From Hypanus sabinus (taxonomy: Eukaryota): 64,000 nucleotides of DNA. Numbering within the stretch: position 1 is the first letter of the stretch; the number at the start of each line of letters is the position of its first letter. The translations under genes and the position numbers were made by a program. The stretch covers positions 79,856,001-79,920,000 of the forward strand of contig NC_082718.1 in the NCBI RefSeq assembly GCF_030144855.1, in the 5' to 3' direction. The notes beneath the pieces were generated by a model. The model was not told the origin of the DNA. It saw only the letters and a program-made list of their open reading frames with translations, and ran no database searches. Shown piece after piece: positions 1-12,950 of this stretch.

Positions 1-2030
1 ACTCTTCATCCTGTCTATATCCTCTCATAACCTTCAACAACCTACAGCTCCTTCCACAACTACTCCAATCTTCGTGTCATCCGCAAACTTACTCACCCAT
101 CCTTCTGCCTCTTCATCCAAGTCATTTATAAAAATCACAATGAGCAGGGGTCCCAGGACAGATCCTTGCGGCACTCCACTAGTCACCGACCCCCAGACAG
201 AACACTTTCCTTCCACTACTACCCTCTGCTTTCTTCCTTTAAGCCAATTATCCAAACAGCCTCATGACTTTCTGCATGAGTCTCTCATGGGGGACTCAAA
301 TACCTTGCTAAAATCCATGTAGACCACATCTACCACCCTACAGTCAACAAGTTCTTTTGTTACCTCTTCAAAAAACTCAGTTAGGCTCATGAGGCACGAT
401 CTTCCCTTCACAAAGCCATGTTGACTATCCATGAGTAGACTGTACTTCTCCAAATGCTCATATATCTTATCTTTAAGAATCCTTTCCAATAGTTTGCAGA
501 CCACTGACGCAAGACTCAATGGTCTATAGTTCCCAGGATTCTTCCTATTACCTTTTTTCAAACAGAGCTACATTTGCCATTCGCCAATCCTCCTGCACCT
601 CCTCTGCAGCCAAAGAGGATTCAAAGATCATAGCTACTGCTCCAGCAATCTCTTCTCTCACTTCCCTCAGCAACCTGGGGTATATCACATCTGGCCCTGG
701 GGACTTATCAATCTTGATGTTTTTAAGATCTACCATTTCTTCTTTAATCTCCATACTGTCCAGCACACAGGCCTGTTCTATTTCAACCTCACCCTGATCA
801 AGGTCCTTTTCACTTGTGAATACTGAAGCAAAGTATCCATTTAGGACTCCCCAACCTCCTCCGCCTCCAGGCACATGTTGCCTTCTTAATCCTTTAGCAG
901 CCCCACCTTAATTCTTGTCATCTTTCTGTTCTTCAGAAATTCATAAACACCTTGGGGTTCTCCTTAATCCTACATGCCAAGGTCTTCTCATACCCTGTTT
1001 GAGCTCTCCCAAGTCCTTTCTTAAGCTCCTTCCTATCTACCCTATATTTCTCATGAGCCCCTCCTGCTTCTTATATTTAACATATATTTTCTTCCTCTTG
1101 AAGAGTTGCCTCGTGTGTTTCATCAGCCACAGTTCCCCTTTTCTACCATTTTTTCCTTGTCTCAGTTGGACAAACCTATCCTGAACCCAGCACAAGTGGT
1201 CCCTAAACTTCCTCCACATTTTACCTCTGTGCTTTCACCCTTAAACATTTGTTTCCAATTTACTCTTGCTACTTTTTATCTCATCCCTTCATAGTTAGCC
1301 CTTCCACAATTAAGCACTTTCCCATTTTGTCTGATTTTATCCCTTTCCATAGCTATGCTGAAGCTAAGGGAGTTGTGGTCACTCTCACCAAAATTCTCCC
1401 CCACCAAGAGGTCTGTCACCTGACCAGGTTCATTACCCAGAACTAGATCCAGTATGGCCTCTCCTCTCGTCTGCTGGTCCGCATATTGTGTCAAGAATCC
1501 TTCTTGAAACCACCTGGCAAATTCAGCCCCATCTATCCCCCTTGCAGTCAGGAGGTGCCAGTCAATGAGGCAAATTGAAATCACCCATAACTACAACCCT
1601 GTATTCTCTGCACCATTCTAAGATCGGCCTACTTATCTGCTCCTCTGTGTCCCGAGGGCTATTTGGGGACCTATAGACTACTCCCAGCACAGTGATTGAT
1701 CCCTTCCTATTTCTGACTTCCACCCAGACTGACTCCGTGGACACGCTCTCTGCAGTGTCCTCCCTTTCCATAGCCCTGATACTATCCCTGACCAGCAATG
1801 CTACACCCCCTCCACCTTTTCTATCTTCCATCCTATTCCTTTTAAAACACCTAAACTCCAGCACATGCATCAGCCAATCCTGCCCTTCCTCCAACCAAAT
1901 TTCAGTAACGGCCACAACATTGTAGTTCCACGTACTGATCCTTGCTCTAAGTTCATCTCCTTTATTCCTAATACTCCTAGTGTTGCAATAGACACATTCC
2001 AACCCCTCTAACTGGCTACATTTACGTTTT
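1..2030 (-). mobile_element. Degenerate CR1 LINE ORF2 (APE endonuclease plus reverse transcriptase) in OAS intron 2
   Basis: Minus-strand ORF fragments CVYCNTRSIRNK..VVMGDFN (endonuclease), NYRPLSLASVVCKLLE, DSQHGFVKGRSCL, GVPQGSVLGPLL..KFADDTKIG (RT); many frameshifts. Confidence 0.93.
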
Positions 2031-2181
2031 GTCCCCTGCCTGTCCTTCAGGCAGAGAAGAGAGCAAATCAGACAAGCTCCTTTCTTTCCACCTATCCATA
2101 GAAGCAGTGATAGAAGAATTAAAATTACATTTGAGATGTAACGTTACTATTAATTATAGTCAATGTAATATTAATTCTTAC

Positions 2182-2479
2182 TTAATACATCATAGGTTGG
2201 CAAAACATCAAATGACACACTCTCAGAACTCTTCCTTGATTGCAGCTCAAAGCTTAAAGATTTTGGCGATGTGATACTTTGCTTTATGATGTTGACGTTG
2301 ATATTATTGACTGAATATGCAAGGCTTTTAGAACATTTATCCAGCATTGTCTGAATTTCCTCAAGAATTTCATGCCTGGTGTCTCTCTGGAGCTGGAAAC
2401 TCGTGAAGCAACTGAGAAAGACGACGATATCTGCATCCGAGCTGTTTTTTAAAGCTGTTCCTTTTCCTGAAGATCCACC
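2182..2479 (-). CDS. OAS: OAS/OASL-family 2'-5'-oligoadenylate synthetase, coding exon 2 (nucleotidyltransferase core)
   Basis: Manual translation GGSSGKGTALKNSSDADIVVFLSCFTSFQLQRDTRHEILEEIQTMLDKCSKSLAYSVNN...SLSFELQSRKSSESVSFDVLPTYDVL. Acceptor TTTGTTCACAG before 2479, donor GTAAGA after 2182; 298 nt, phase 0 to phase 1. Contains the P-loop GGSSGKGT, D-A-D and the third Asp in FDVLP. Absent from the ORF track. Confidence 0.95.
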
Positions 2480-2962
2480 CTGTGAACAAAAAAAATTACA
2501 TATCTAATCATCGTTTTCAAACATTTCCAGAATTAGAATTGAAATCAGGTTTGACATAACCAGCATGTTTTATGTGCATGGTGGTGCTTTGTTCCACCCT
2601 TTTAGTTCAGAACTTCCCCCTTTTCCTGAAAATCGGGAAGGGAGGCAGTTGAACAAACACTCCAAGGATATCCCCAGGTAGACATGCAGTACATTCATAG
2701 AAGACATTTAACAGTTGGTCATTGTTATCACCATCCAGCCTTGTCCTCACTGGAGGAATACACATGCAGTCTTTCCAAGGAAATGGAGAGGTAACCTGTG
2801 CACATACCTCCATCCTATCCAGAATGCTGCCATCAAATTTAATGCCTGAATCTCTTTTCCTATTATTTTTTCTAAAAATTTAGCATAATTCCATGCATTC
2901 TAAGCCCATATTCACCAACAAACTAATAACAAACTGTTTGTTGAAGCCAAATGTATGCCTTG

Positions 2963-3625
2963 TGTAACCCCCTGGGTCACCTCAGGCTCGCTCAGCTCGT
3001 TCTCGTCTAGGGGGAGCAGCCTTCGGCCCCGCCAAACTGGGTAATCAGCTGGTGTGGATGCTGTGTGATGTCCCCGCCTCGCCCAAAACCAGACAGTACA
3101 CCATATGCGATTAAATGAGTACAATTTATAAAGGTTACTATAACTAAGTGATTAATAACGATACAGTATATATGAAGAGAAAATTAAAGAAAAGGCGCCA
3201 AACTTATCAAAGTCCAAACCACTTCGTGCACAACCGTTGGAGCTCAATTACTGAAGTCTTCTGGCCACCATTCGATCCCCTCCGAACTCCTCGACTCGCA
3301 GCTCAGGACCCTCCGAACTCCTTGACTCTCCAAACAGCTCAGGACCCTCCGAGTGGTCAACCAAGCACATCTAGCTTCATCCCCCCCCCCCCCCTCGGAG
3401 AATCTCCCGGCCTCGGACCCCCCCTTTGGGGTCTGATCCTCACCCAGCTTAGAGCATTGCGTCCTCTCTCTCGACCCCCTTGCGCCGATCTGCCCAAAAG
3501 CCCGTCAACAAAAGCTTACAGACTCAGAAAAAAGAATCCCCATTTGGTTTACAAAGGAATACCATTCTCGTTATCAGTAAATTAGCATTCCTGCTAGTTA
3601 ACAAAAAGGAGAAACCCTCTTTACA
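2963..3625. mobile_element. Solo LTR (663 bp) in OAS intron 1
   Basis: Starts TGTAA, ends TTACA, flanked by 4-bp TSD CTTG (2959-2962 and 3626-3629); internal short direct repeat CAGCTCAGGACCCTCCGA. Confidence 0.8.
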
Positions 3626-3649
3626 CTTGTTACTCCCTTAAAACACGGG

Positions 3650-4130
3650 TCAAGTCCTCCCCACCACTGAGCACATCTATATGGAGCACTGTCACAGGAA
3701 AGAAGCATCTGTCGTCATGGACACTCACCACCCAGGTCATGCTCTCTTCTTGCTGCTGCCATCAGGAAGGTGGTACAGGAGCCTCAAGACTCACACCACC
3801 AGGTTCAGGAAATTATTTCTCAACCATCAGATTCTTGAACCGGGGGGTGGGGGGGGGGGGAATTACTTACTTGCCCCATCACTGAAATGTTCACACAACC
3901 AATAGACTCACTTTCAAGGATTCTTTCTCTGATGTTTTCAATATTATTTCTCTCCTGTTCCATCTGTACAGTTTGGTATCTTTTGCACACTAGTTGAATG
4001 CAAAAGTTGGTGCAGTCTTTCATTGATTGTTACTGATTTACTCAGTATGCCCACAAGAAAACAAATCTCAGGATTGTATATGGTGACAAATAGAGCATGT
4101 ACTTCAATAATACTCTACTTTGAACTTTGA
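3650..4130 (+). mobile_element. Rex1/Babar-type LINE 3' fragment
   Basis: Peptide DTHHPGHALFLLLPSGRWYRSLKTHTTRFR is typical of the Rex1 C-terminus; tail ends in CTTTGAACTTTGAA. Confidence 0.7.
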
Positions 4131-5159
4131 AATAGCTTCAATTAAGACACTAGAAATCTTGCAGATACTGGTAATCTTGAGCAACACACAAAATTCTGGA
4201 GGAACTCAGCAGGTCAGGCAGAATCCATGAGGGAAATAAACAAGTCGGCGTTTCAGGGTGAGACCCTTCAAGGCTTACAAAGTCGATTTCAATGGACTTG
4301 GCTCTCTTCCCTTTGCAGAAGAGCAAATGTGACAGACCTGTGGACTAAAACTTGACAAGAATGAGAAACGTGGAAGCTGAGATTAACCTGTCTGTTTTAG
4401 GGATGTAACTGATCCTATTGAGAGGTCTATCTGATTGGCCAGTGCAAGACCATTCAGCAGGTCCCTGCAATTATGTCATTTCAGTATTAATGGAGTGCTG
4501 CCCATAGTGAAGTAGGCAAGTATCCCAGCCATGATTAGTGGTTGCAGGGACAAGGGCAGGTGTGATCTCTGGGGAAGAGGGATAAAATGAGAATCTTCCA
4601 TGCCTATTAATATATGCAAATAGCCAATCCACCTCCTTGTCCCAACTGTGCTTCAAAAGTGCATGGACTGAGATCTGAGATTTTCAAAGTTTGAACATCT
4701 CACCAAATCCACCAATTCTTGAAGGATTAGACTAAAGTTCTAAACTTTCTAAAAAAAAATCAGTAAATAAGTAATGCTGTCTGCAACTTACCACTTGAAA
4801 CGGTGATAGACGCAGAAACACACATTGCATTTACACAGATGACTACAACAGCCCAAGCCTACAAAGCAATGGAGTAAGTGCTGGGAAATTGGGCTAACCT
4901 AAAGCTCCCCATGTGGTTGCCTGGACACAATGGCCTCCTTCTCTGCTGTTACTTGTGACGATTCTTTGATACGTGCTTAATTAGAGAGATAGGAGGGGTA
5001 GGATTGTACTCGGGGAATGTCAACTAACTTTTACCAAATTGTTATAGTATCATATATCGCTAGGCAACCTGCAATTTATATTTTAAACCTGACTACCTGA
5101 GAAGGTTCATTTCATACAGCAAGGTCTAGTCTGACCCTTTCCAAAGTTGGATTATCTAG

Positions 5160-6070
5160 ATACAGTATCAGGAATGCCTCCTGAATACAATAACAAACCT
5201 TGCCCAATCTAGGCCTCTGGCACCAGTTAATATTGGGGAAATTAAGGTCACACTACAACTGCTCAGTTTCCTCTGCACCTCTCCACACCATAATCTGCTG
5301 ACATATGTGTCTTCTACCTCTCAAAGCTGTTGGGAGGCCAGTGGTGCAACCCATCATAGTGATGGCACCTTTCTTAGTCTCGATTCTCCGCTTCCAGGAC
5401 AACCTCCCTCAGTCTCCCTGTTCAGTAATGCAACTCATCCTCCTCCACTGCATTTCCTTCTATCCTGTCTGAAACATTCGAATCCTGCAACATTGTGCTG
5501 CCAGTCCTGACCTTCCCTCAACCAGGTCTCCACAATTCCTACAACACTAATTCCATGTACTAATCCAGGCTCTAACTTCATCTGCCTTATCTGAAATACA
5601 CCTTGTACTGGGGTAAATAGACTTCAGTCCCATTCGCCCCACTGCGTTCATTAACATGATCCTATCTGCTTCATCTTCCACTCACACCTGATCTCACCAC
5701 TACTCCCCTGAAAACTTCCACCATCTAACTTTCTGCTCCCACTCCCTGCCACATATCCCAGAAACCCTCCCAAGGAGCACTAGCAAATCTCCCTGTGCCC
5801 CTCTCCTTCACGTGTAACCGGTCTTTCTTCTACAGTTCCCACCTGCCCTGGAAGAGAGCCCAATGATCCGTGTATCCAAAGCCCTTGCTGCTGCACGATC
5901 TCCTTAGCCACAGGTTTAATTGTATTATCTTCCAAGTTGTTGCCTTCTTAGCACAGGGCTCTGGGAGTAATCCTGAAATTATAACCCTGAGGTACTGGGT
6001 TTTTTTTTTAAGCACTTTCTGCCCAAGTTTCTGAATTGACCTTGCAGGACTTCATCTCTCTCCTGTTGAC
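5160..6070 (-). mobile_element. CR1 LINE ORF1/ORF2 junction fragments, degenerate
   Basis: RVIISGLLPEP..LNLWLRRSC..GFGYTDHWALFQGRWEL resembles the CR1 ORF1 esterase seen at 63366-63878. Confidence 0.7.
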
Positions 6071-6619
6071 GTTGCGAGTGTCAGATGGACACACCTCCCG
6101 CAGAGTCATTCCCACTAAATCCTCCCTGATCTTCCACCGGCTGCTATACCGACCTCACCTCACCTCTCTGCGGCCGCCCTTCTCACGGAAGCCCAGTCTT
6201 CCTCATTGCGAACACTTTAACCTACCAGCAACACTTCCACCTCAAGTTTCTTTTTTAAAAAAGCGGGAACTCTAGACTTACTCCCAGTGTAACTTACAAA
6301 GTTCAAAAACAAATTTATTATCAAAGTACATGTACACGTTGCCATATTCTACGCTGAAATTAATTTTCTTGCGGGTAGTGTAGATCCGTGCTTTCCATTC
6401 AGATCTCTTCATCCACCACCGGACACTCAAAACTGTGGCGGAAATGAGTCGCCCTTGGGCAGCTTTTCAGGACAAGAGGGAGAAAGCTGTGGCAAACTGA
6501 TAAGATCCCCCGGTGGACCTGAGCAGGCGACTTGGACGGAACCACACCGACTGCATCACTAAATTGTTGATGGCCTCACCTTTGGAGGCGCGTTAGTTTT
6601 TTAAAAACTGAGAACCATT

Positions 6620-6900
6620 CACCTGTTTTGCCATCATTACACTGGCTGCCCGTGTCCTATAGGATTAATTTTAAAATAATTTTAATTGTATACAAGACTC
6701 TGAATAATCTAGCTCCTCGATATATCCCCTTACATCCTAATCTTAAATCTGTGAATACTGGTTTGCTTTAAGTTCCTAAGGTCAAGTATACAACAACTGG
6801 AGATGCGGTCGTTTGCTCTAATACAGAAAAAATCTTGAAAATTCCAATGACTGAGATACACCAGACTAGTTTCAAAACACTTCTAAAAAACTACTTTTTA
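6620..6900 (+). mobile_element. L2 LINE 3' fragment
   Basis: Translates LPSLHWLPVSYRINFKIILIVYKTLNNLAPRYI, the characteristic L2 C-terminal motif. Confidence 0.7.
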
Positions 6901-7129
6901 ATTTGGTTTATTTACAGGATTATTTAATGCCTCTTGATGTTGATTACATTTATGTAAGTTGATATATTCGATTACAATTTATCCTATAAAATGTTTGTCT
7001 TGTGACTTTCAAGCTTATCTCGCATTTTTAGGAGTGGATTGATTTATCTTTACGATCCATCTCCTGAATGAAATAAAGTCCAGTTCTAACAATGATGTGC
7101 TCAAAAAAAAATCTTTCCAGTCAAAAGTT

Positions 7130-7515
7130 TTAAATCATTTAAAATTAGTAACTTTCGAATTTAAGACTGAGCAGCGGATCTTTTCTAAATTTAAATACGA
7201 CATAATATCACGGAGCCATTGAAGATGTGTAGGAGGGGTAGACTCCTTCCACTTAAGCAAGATCGCTCTTCTTGCTAAAGGAGAGGTAAAAACTAAAACC
7301 TGTAGATTAGGAGTATTTAAAGTTATATCTTCATTTGCAATAATACCAAACAAGGCAGTAAAGGGATTTGGGTCAAATTGGACCCTAAAAAGTTGAGAGA
7401 AGGTATGAAATACTTCCCGCCAAAACTTTTCAGTTGTAGGGCAAAACCAAAACATATGAGCAGAGTTGCATTTATTACAAAGTGGAGAAATATTCGGGTA
7501 AAAACTGGAGAGTAG
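7130..7515 (-). mobile_element. L1/Tx1-type LINE ORF2 C-terminal fragment
   Basis: HMFWFCP..FWREVF..ARRAILLKWK..QWLRDIMSYLNLEKIR; similar to the fragments at 41443-43095. Confidence 0.8.
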
Positions 7516-7632
7516 CTTTATCAGAAAGCTTCCTCATTCACGAGGAAAAGAAGCGCTTGCTGTTTTAAAAAGTGAATTATAGTAAGTACCACTCGGTAAG
7601 TATTTTTCGTTAAAAAAAACGAACCCACTCAC

Positions 7633-7806
7633 CTTAACGGCTCTGATCACCTTAACGTTGGGTTGTTTGGTGAAACACTGATTTCTTAAAAACTCGCAGA
7701 TCCTATTCACGGCTTCCCTCACCTCGACATTAAACCCGCATGGCTGCAAGTTATTTTTAATGAAGTCGTCCAGTTTGTTGGGCTGTATTTTGTCCAGCTC
7801 CATCAT
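7633..7806 (-). CDS. OAS: OAS/OASL-family gene, coding exon 1 (58 codons)
   Basis: MMELDKIQPNKLDDFIKNNLQP..EAVNRICEFLRNQCF..VKVIRAVK matches the OAS1 N-terminus (LDxFIxxxLxP, ICxFL, CF, VxK). Perfect donor AAG|GTGAGT at 7633/7632, phase 0, joins in frame to GGSSGKGT of exon 2. Confidence 0.95.
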
Positions 7807-7869
7807 TACTCAGCGTTCGTTCTTCCTCACAGGCGGCGTCCGAACTGTTTCTTTCCGCCGCTGAGCAGC

Positions 7870-8075
7870 TGTTTATAAGCCGGTCACTAGCCCCGCCTTC
7901 TAATTCTTCTATTATAGTGAAACGTGGAGGTTAAATCTGCCGGTATGATAAGTTTCATACACGTCACTGGTCTGGTTGGTTGTCATCGCTCGAGCTAATT
8001 AAAGGCAGCAACGCCTTTATTTCGATATCAGTAGATAATGCCGTAGTTTCGGTTCCTTTTCTTTCCATCACTTTT
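7870..8075 (-). promoter_or_regulatory. OAS promoter: TATA box, GC box and ISRE/IRF element
   Basis: TATAAA on the minus strand at ~7872-7877; GC box CCCCGCC at 7891; ISRE-like AGTTTCGGTTCC at 8045-8056 followed by TTTTCTTTCC; CpG-rich relative to flanks. Confidence 0.7.
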
Positions 8076-8399
8076 CCTGGCCTCATCGATACTGACTCAC
8101 TGTATGCTGATCAGTTGTTTTTTTTTAAAAGCATCTTTCCTTCAGATTCTCGCTCTAGTTATTCAGTCACCCGCAATGACACTGCAACCCACGGGGCAAA
8201 CTGCCCTCCTCTGAAACACGTCTCGCATCTCAAAATGAACGAACCCGTATGTCAGAATTTGAATCCCTCCGCCCACTGCTCAGGGACCCTGTCCTCCTCG
8301 CTGTTCCTCACCTGTCCCGAAATGTACTCCGTGTCGGTGCAAGTTTTTCATTGCAACTGTGCATATGAAACTAAAATCGACCTTAACACTGCTGAGGCT

Positions 8400-9785
8400 C
8401 AGTCTAAACACAAGAGAGTCTACACAGAAACTGGAAATCCAGAGTAGCACACCAAAAACGCTGGAGGAAGTCAGCAGGTCAGGCAGCAGCTATAGAGAGG
8501 AATAAACAGTTAATGTTTGGGGCCCAGACTGGAAAGAAAGGGGAAGAAACCAGAATAATAAATTGGGGGAGGGGAGTGAAGTGAGAAGCTGGGAGGAGAT
8601 AGGATAGGGTGTAATCCCTGTGGAGAGTGGAGGGGTGGGGTGACATCCCTGATGTTCTGCACATCTGTCCCTAGGATGAGGCTTTCCAGAACATCAGAGA
8701 TGTCTCCTTTCTTCAAGGAATAGGGTTTTCCTTCCTCTACCGACCACATCTTCTCCTGTTGCTGGATATCTGTCCTCACCACATCTTCTCGCCAACTTAA
8801 CAGGGGATGGAGTTCCTCTTCTCCTTACCACCCCATGACCCTTCTCATACAACACATTATTCTCTGCAACTACTGCCATCCTCAACGGGATCTGACTACC
8901 AAACGCATCCCTACTACCCCCCACCCCCACTTTCTGTTTTCTATGATTCCCTTGGCTATTTGTCCCTCCCCACTGGTCTCCTTCCTGGCTCTTATCCCTG
9001 CAACCAGAAAAAGTGCTACACCTGCCCATTCATTGGCTCCCTCACTACATTCAGGGCCACAAGAAGTCTTTCCAGGTGAGGCAACACTTTGCCTGCCGGA
9101 CTGTCAGGGTTATCTACTGTATCTGGTGCTCCCGATGTGGCCTCATTGAGACCTGACGTAGATTGGGGGACGGCTTTGCTGTGCGCCTTCACTCCATCCG
9201 CAACAAGCACGATTTCCCAGTAGCCAACCATTTTAATTCCCTGCCTTTTCCCAATCTGACATTTTAGTCCATGGTCTCATCTGATGCCAAGATGCGACCG
9301 CTCTCAGGATGGAGGAGTAACACATCCTCCTGAGTAGCTTCCAACCTGATGGCATGAACATCAATTTTTCTTCCACCCCCACCCCTCACCTCTACCAAAC
9401 TCTTTTTTTTCCATTAACCATTCTTGATCCCCTCTATCCCTTCTCTTTTCACCTGCCTATCACCTCCCGCTGGTGCCCCTAGTCCTTCACTTGTTCCCAT
9501 GGTCCACTCTTCTCTCCTATCAGGTTCCTTCTTCTTCAGCCCTTTACCGTTTCCACCTATCACTTTCCGGCTTCTTAACTCATCCTCTTTCTCTCATCCC
9601 CCTCACCTAGCTTCACCTGTCAACTCTACCTTGTATTCCTTCCCCGCTCAGCATCTTCTTATTCTGGTTTCTTCCCCCTTACTCTATACTCCTGATGAAG
9701 GGTCTCAGCTTGAAATATTGACTCTTTATTCCTTTACATAGTTTCTGCCTGACCTGCCGAGTTCCTCCACCATTTTGCCTATGTT
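8400..9785 (+). mobile_element. Penelope-like element remnant (GIY-YIG endonuclease) with inverted terminal repeats
   Basis: 9040-9360 translates to GPQEVFQVRQHF..VIYCIWCSRCGL..RRLGD..PVANHFNS (PLE GIY-YIG). The terminal motif CTGGAGGAAGTCAGCAGGTCAGGCAG at ~8461 recurs inverted at ~9745-9775. Confidence 0.75.
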
Positions 9786-9788
9786 ACT

Positions 9789-11806
9789 GAGGTTCAGCCT
9801 GATGTGTCTTGCCTGAGCTCTGCCAATGCAATCATCACCTGCCCTTTCTTCCTCCACCAAATGCATCCTTCCCAACCCTTCTCACAGCAGCATGCCTGTC
9901 ACATCCCTCACCCTCTGCTTCACTCTGATCCTGTCATTTTCACTTTTTTCCCTACATGTACCCAAATCCTAAACCCTCTTGTTACCTGCTCCATGTCAGC
10001 ACTCTATTTGATGCTGACTTTTTAGCCTTCTGCACTCTCTGCTGGGAACCACAAAAAGGAGCTGAATATCCTGTTCACTCAGCAAGTCCCCACCACCTGT
10101 ACTTCCTACTCTCACTGCCACTGCCTCTGTCTTCTACCTGTGTCAGTCAAGGATGCTCGAGGGATTCGTCTCCGCACAAAGTGCTCCCCTGCTTTGAGAG
10201 CAACAGCCTGGGGGAATCATTTTGCTGCTGTGTGGGAGGGGGGCCATTCCCACTTGTGATTCTGTCATCGCCATTCACCATCTTCTGGGGAAGTGGGATG
10301 GTCACACTCCAAGATGAGGATACGGTGGGGTCCAAAAGGGGATTTGGCACAAGGCATTGGCTCCTTTTCGAACAATGGTACAAGTACAAGTAGCAATAGC
10401 AACAATTAAAGGAAAACAGTCCCTTTCCCACCCACTCACACAGTCAGGCTGGCCTCCATCCTCAGGACAGACCATCTCTGGGCCTTCATTTACTGCCTAT
10501 AAATACTCAATGGCAAGCTCACTATCCCAGAATGTAGTCAAGTTCATCTTGATCACATTACCTCAATGGCGTGTATATTCTTTCGTATCTAGAGAGACAA
10601 TCGTCTGCATCATACTCCAGCTGTGGTGTAATAATGGTATTACATAAATGAGTAAGACATCTTTACTCCAATCTTCTCATACTCAAAGCAAACAACCGAA
10701 GGACTTTGCTGGGTGGGAAGTATCCACCATGCCTTTTTCTGCTTGTTTCTTTGTTCTGAACACAGGCAACCCCTGCAGTGATGGTATACTGCAGCCAGTG
10801 ACGTTTCCTGCTGACCTGACAGTTTGCTGTAGTTTTTGTGTATTGCACCAAACCAGATAGTAATGGCTGATGTGAGGATGGTCTCTGTGAATAATTTTGG
10901 GTAAGAACATTTTATCAACATTCTCTGCCAAGACTTTTTGTTAATGAATGCGATATGGGTCTCCCACACAGGGTCCTGTGAAATAAACAAGGGATGAGTG
11001 TAGGATTGGTATAAAATCGGAGCTTAGTGGTTGGCATGGACATGGTGGCCATTTCTGCATTGAATTGCAATGACTCTCTAAAGGAGTACTCTTGGGGTGT
11101 ATTCTGGAGTTGGCAAATATTAATTTCACCAGCAACCAATCTTCTGACTTCAATGTGGATTGCAGATTGAATTGAAAGGACAGCTCAGAACAATTAGACC
11201 TCCGATGTCTGCATATGCATGAATGTAGCCTAGAGTCAGTGGGGATTAACGTTCATTTTGTGTGTCTGGACTGTGGGTGCAAAGAAGGAGGCGAGTGATA
11301 ACTATATGAAATTCAAAGCAAGCATTGTACATTCATTGAAACTGTAGAATTGTCCTGCTGTTACCTTTGATCTTTAGCATATGAAATGGCATGTAATATT
11401 GGGTCGAGCAGGCCTCTTCTTACAAGAGTGTCTCAATATGATGCCGGCTGCTCATTTTTGTTGAATAAAACACTTCTATATCCACAAACTTCAGTGTCTC
11501 TCTGGTGACATTTTTCACAACAGAACAAGTACCATCTGACAAAGTGACCAGGTCCTGGAAATGAACATTTACTACTGTTCAGTGTTTCGGAGGAATAAGC
11601 AGAAGGGAAGATAGATGGAGTAATTCCATTTATCTGGGCCACTGGAGCACAAAGGAGTGGGAAAGTGAAGTAAGTCTCACTCCAAGTGACTTGTGCCGCT
11701 GGTGCGGGGCCCCAGGAATTTCCGACATGAAAGCTTCACAATCAGCTCAGAACTTGCTAAGCGTGAAGCTCCAGGTGAGATCCTGGAGGAACTCAGTATG
11801 TCAGGC
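9789..11806 (+). repeat. 2-kb segment duplicated in inverted orientation at 49080-51094
   Basis: Mirror-image ORFs on opposite strands (10147-10431 vs 50452-50736; 11433-11642 vs 49244-49453); end-points matched by eye. Contains a Rex1 fragment at ~10660-10950. Confidence 0.95.
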
Positions 11807-12950
11807 AGCATCTACGGATGGAAGTGTGACATTCTTTATCTGGACTGAAAGACAGGACGGAGATGGCCAATATTAAGAAGTGAGCTGGATCCAGGTGAGA
11901 AGGGATGATCGGCAGATGGAGGAAGGAAGAGTGGACATGGGGACAAGCTGGGAGGTGATGGCTGGGGGTGATAAAGGGCTGCAGACGAAGGAATCTGATG
12001 AGAGGAAGGCCTAGTTTGCCTTTGGTCTCCCCAATGTAGAAGATGTCACAATGGAAGCACCTGATACAATAAACAAGGCCAGAGGAGATGCATGTGAATG
12101 TCCGGCTCACCTGGAAGAGCTGCTTAGGACATTGCCACGATGAAGCCAAACACAAGTTGGAGGAGGAACAGCTCATACTCTGTCTGAGTAGTCTTTAACC
12201 TAATGGCATTAACCTCTAACTTCCGGTAGATACCCACTCCCCTGTGTCCCCCCTTTAGCTTTTTCCCCCATTTTAGTAATCCTCTCACCTCTTTCCTCCC
12301 CCACCTTTCTGGTTCCCCATCTACTTCCATGGTCCACTGTCCTTTCCTATCAATTCTTCTCTTCTTCAGCCTCATACTTCTTCCAGATATCACCTCCCAG
12401 CTTTTCACATCATCCCCACTCCCACACCCATCCATTCCACCCCTCAGCAATGTATGCTTCACCTCCTCTGCCTTCCTACCCCCTTCTTCTTTTTCTGCCT
12501 TTCATTCCAATCCTGATGAAGGATCTGGACTGAATCAAGGACTGTCCATTTCCCTCCTTTGATGTTACCTGACCTCCTAAGTTCCCCCCAACATTTTTTG
12601 TGTTTTCTTCAAGATTCCCAGCATCTGTAGAATCCCTTTGGGCCCCGGTTGGTGATGGAGGTGGGGGGAGCACTGCTGAAGTCAGCTGCAAAGTGCGGGG
12701 GGGGGGGGGGGCGAGGGAAGAGAGGTGTGAGGAGCAGGGAGTCATAGAGAGAGGGCTCCATGCGGAAAGCAGGAGGAGGTGGCGAGTATGGCAGGTGGTG
12801 GGGATCACGTTGGAGATGGTGCACGTCGCAAAGCATGGATGCGGTGAAGCTTAACGACGGGTACACTGTCTCTGTTCTGTCCACGGGGAGATGGGCAAGA
12901 GAGCTGGGGAAATAGAGGTGGTGTGGATGGAGCACAGTTGTTTTCTTGTG
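11783..12950. mobile_element. Rearranged Penelope-like remnants upstream of ISG15-like copy A1
   Basis: Minus-strand PKQLFQVSRTFTCISSGLVYCIRCFHCDIFYIGETKGKLG (GIY-YIG); diverged paralogues occur in every array spacer and at ~33840-34340. Confidence 0.7.

Noticed and set aside
7534-7632. C-terminal part of the 90-aa ORF (VSGFVFF...)
   Set aside because: Read-through past the strong GTGAGT donor into intron 1.
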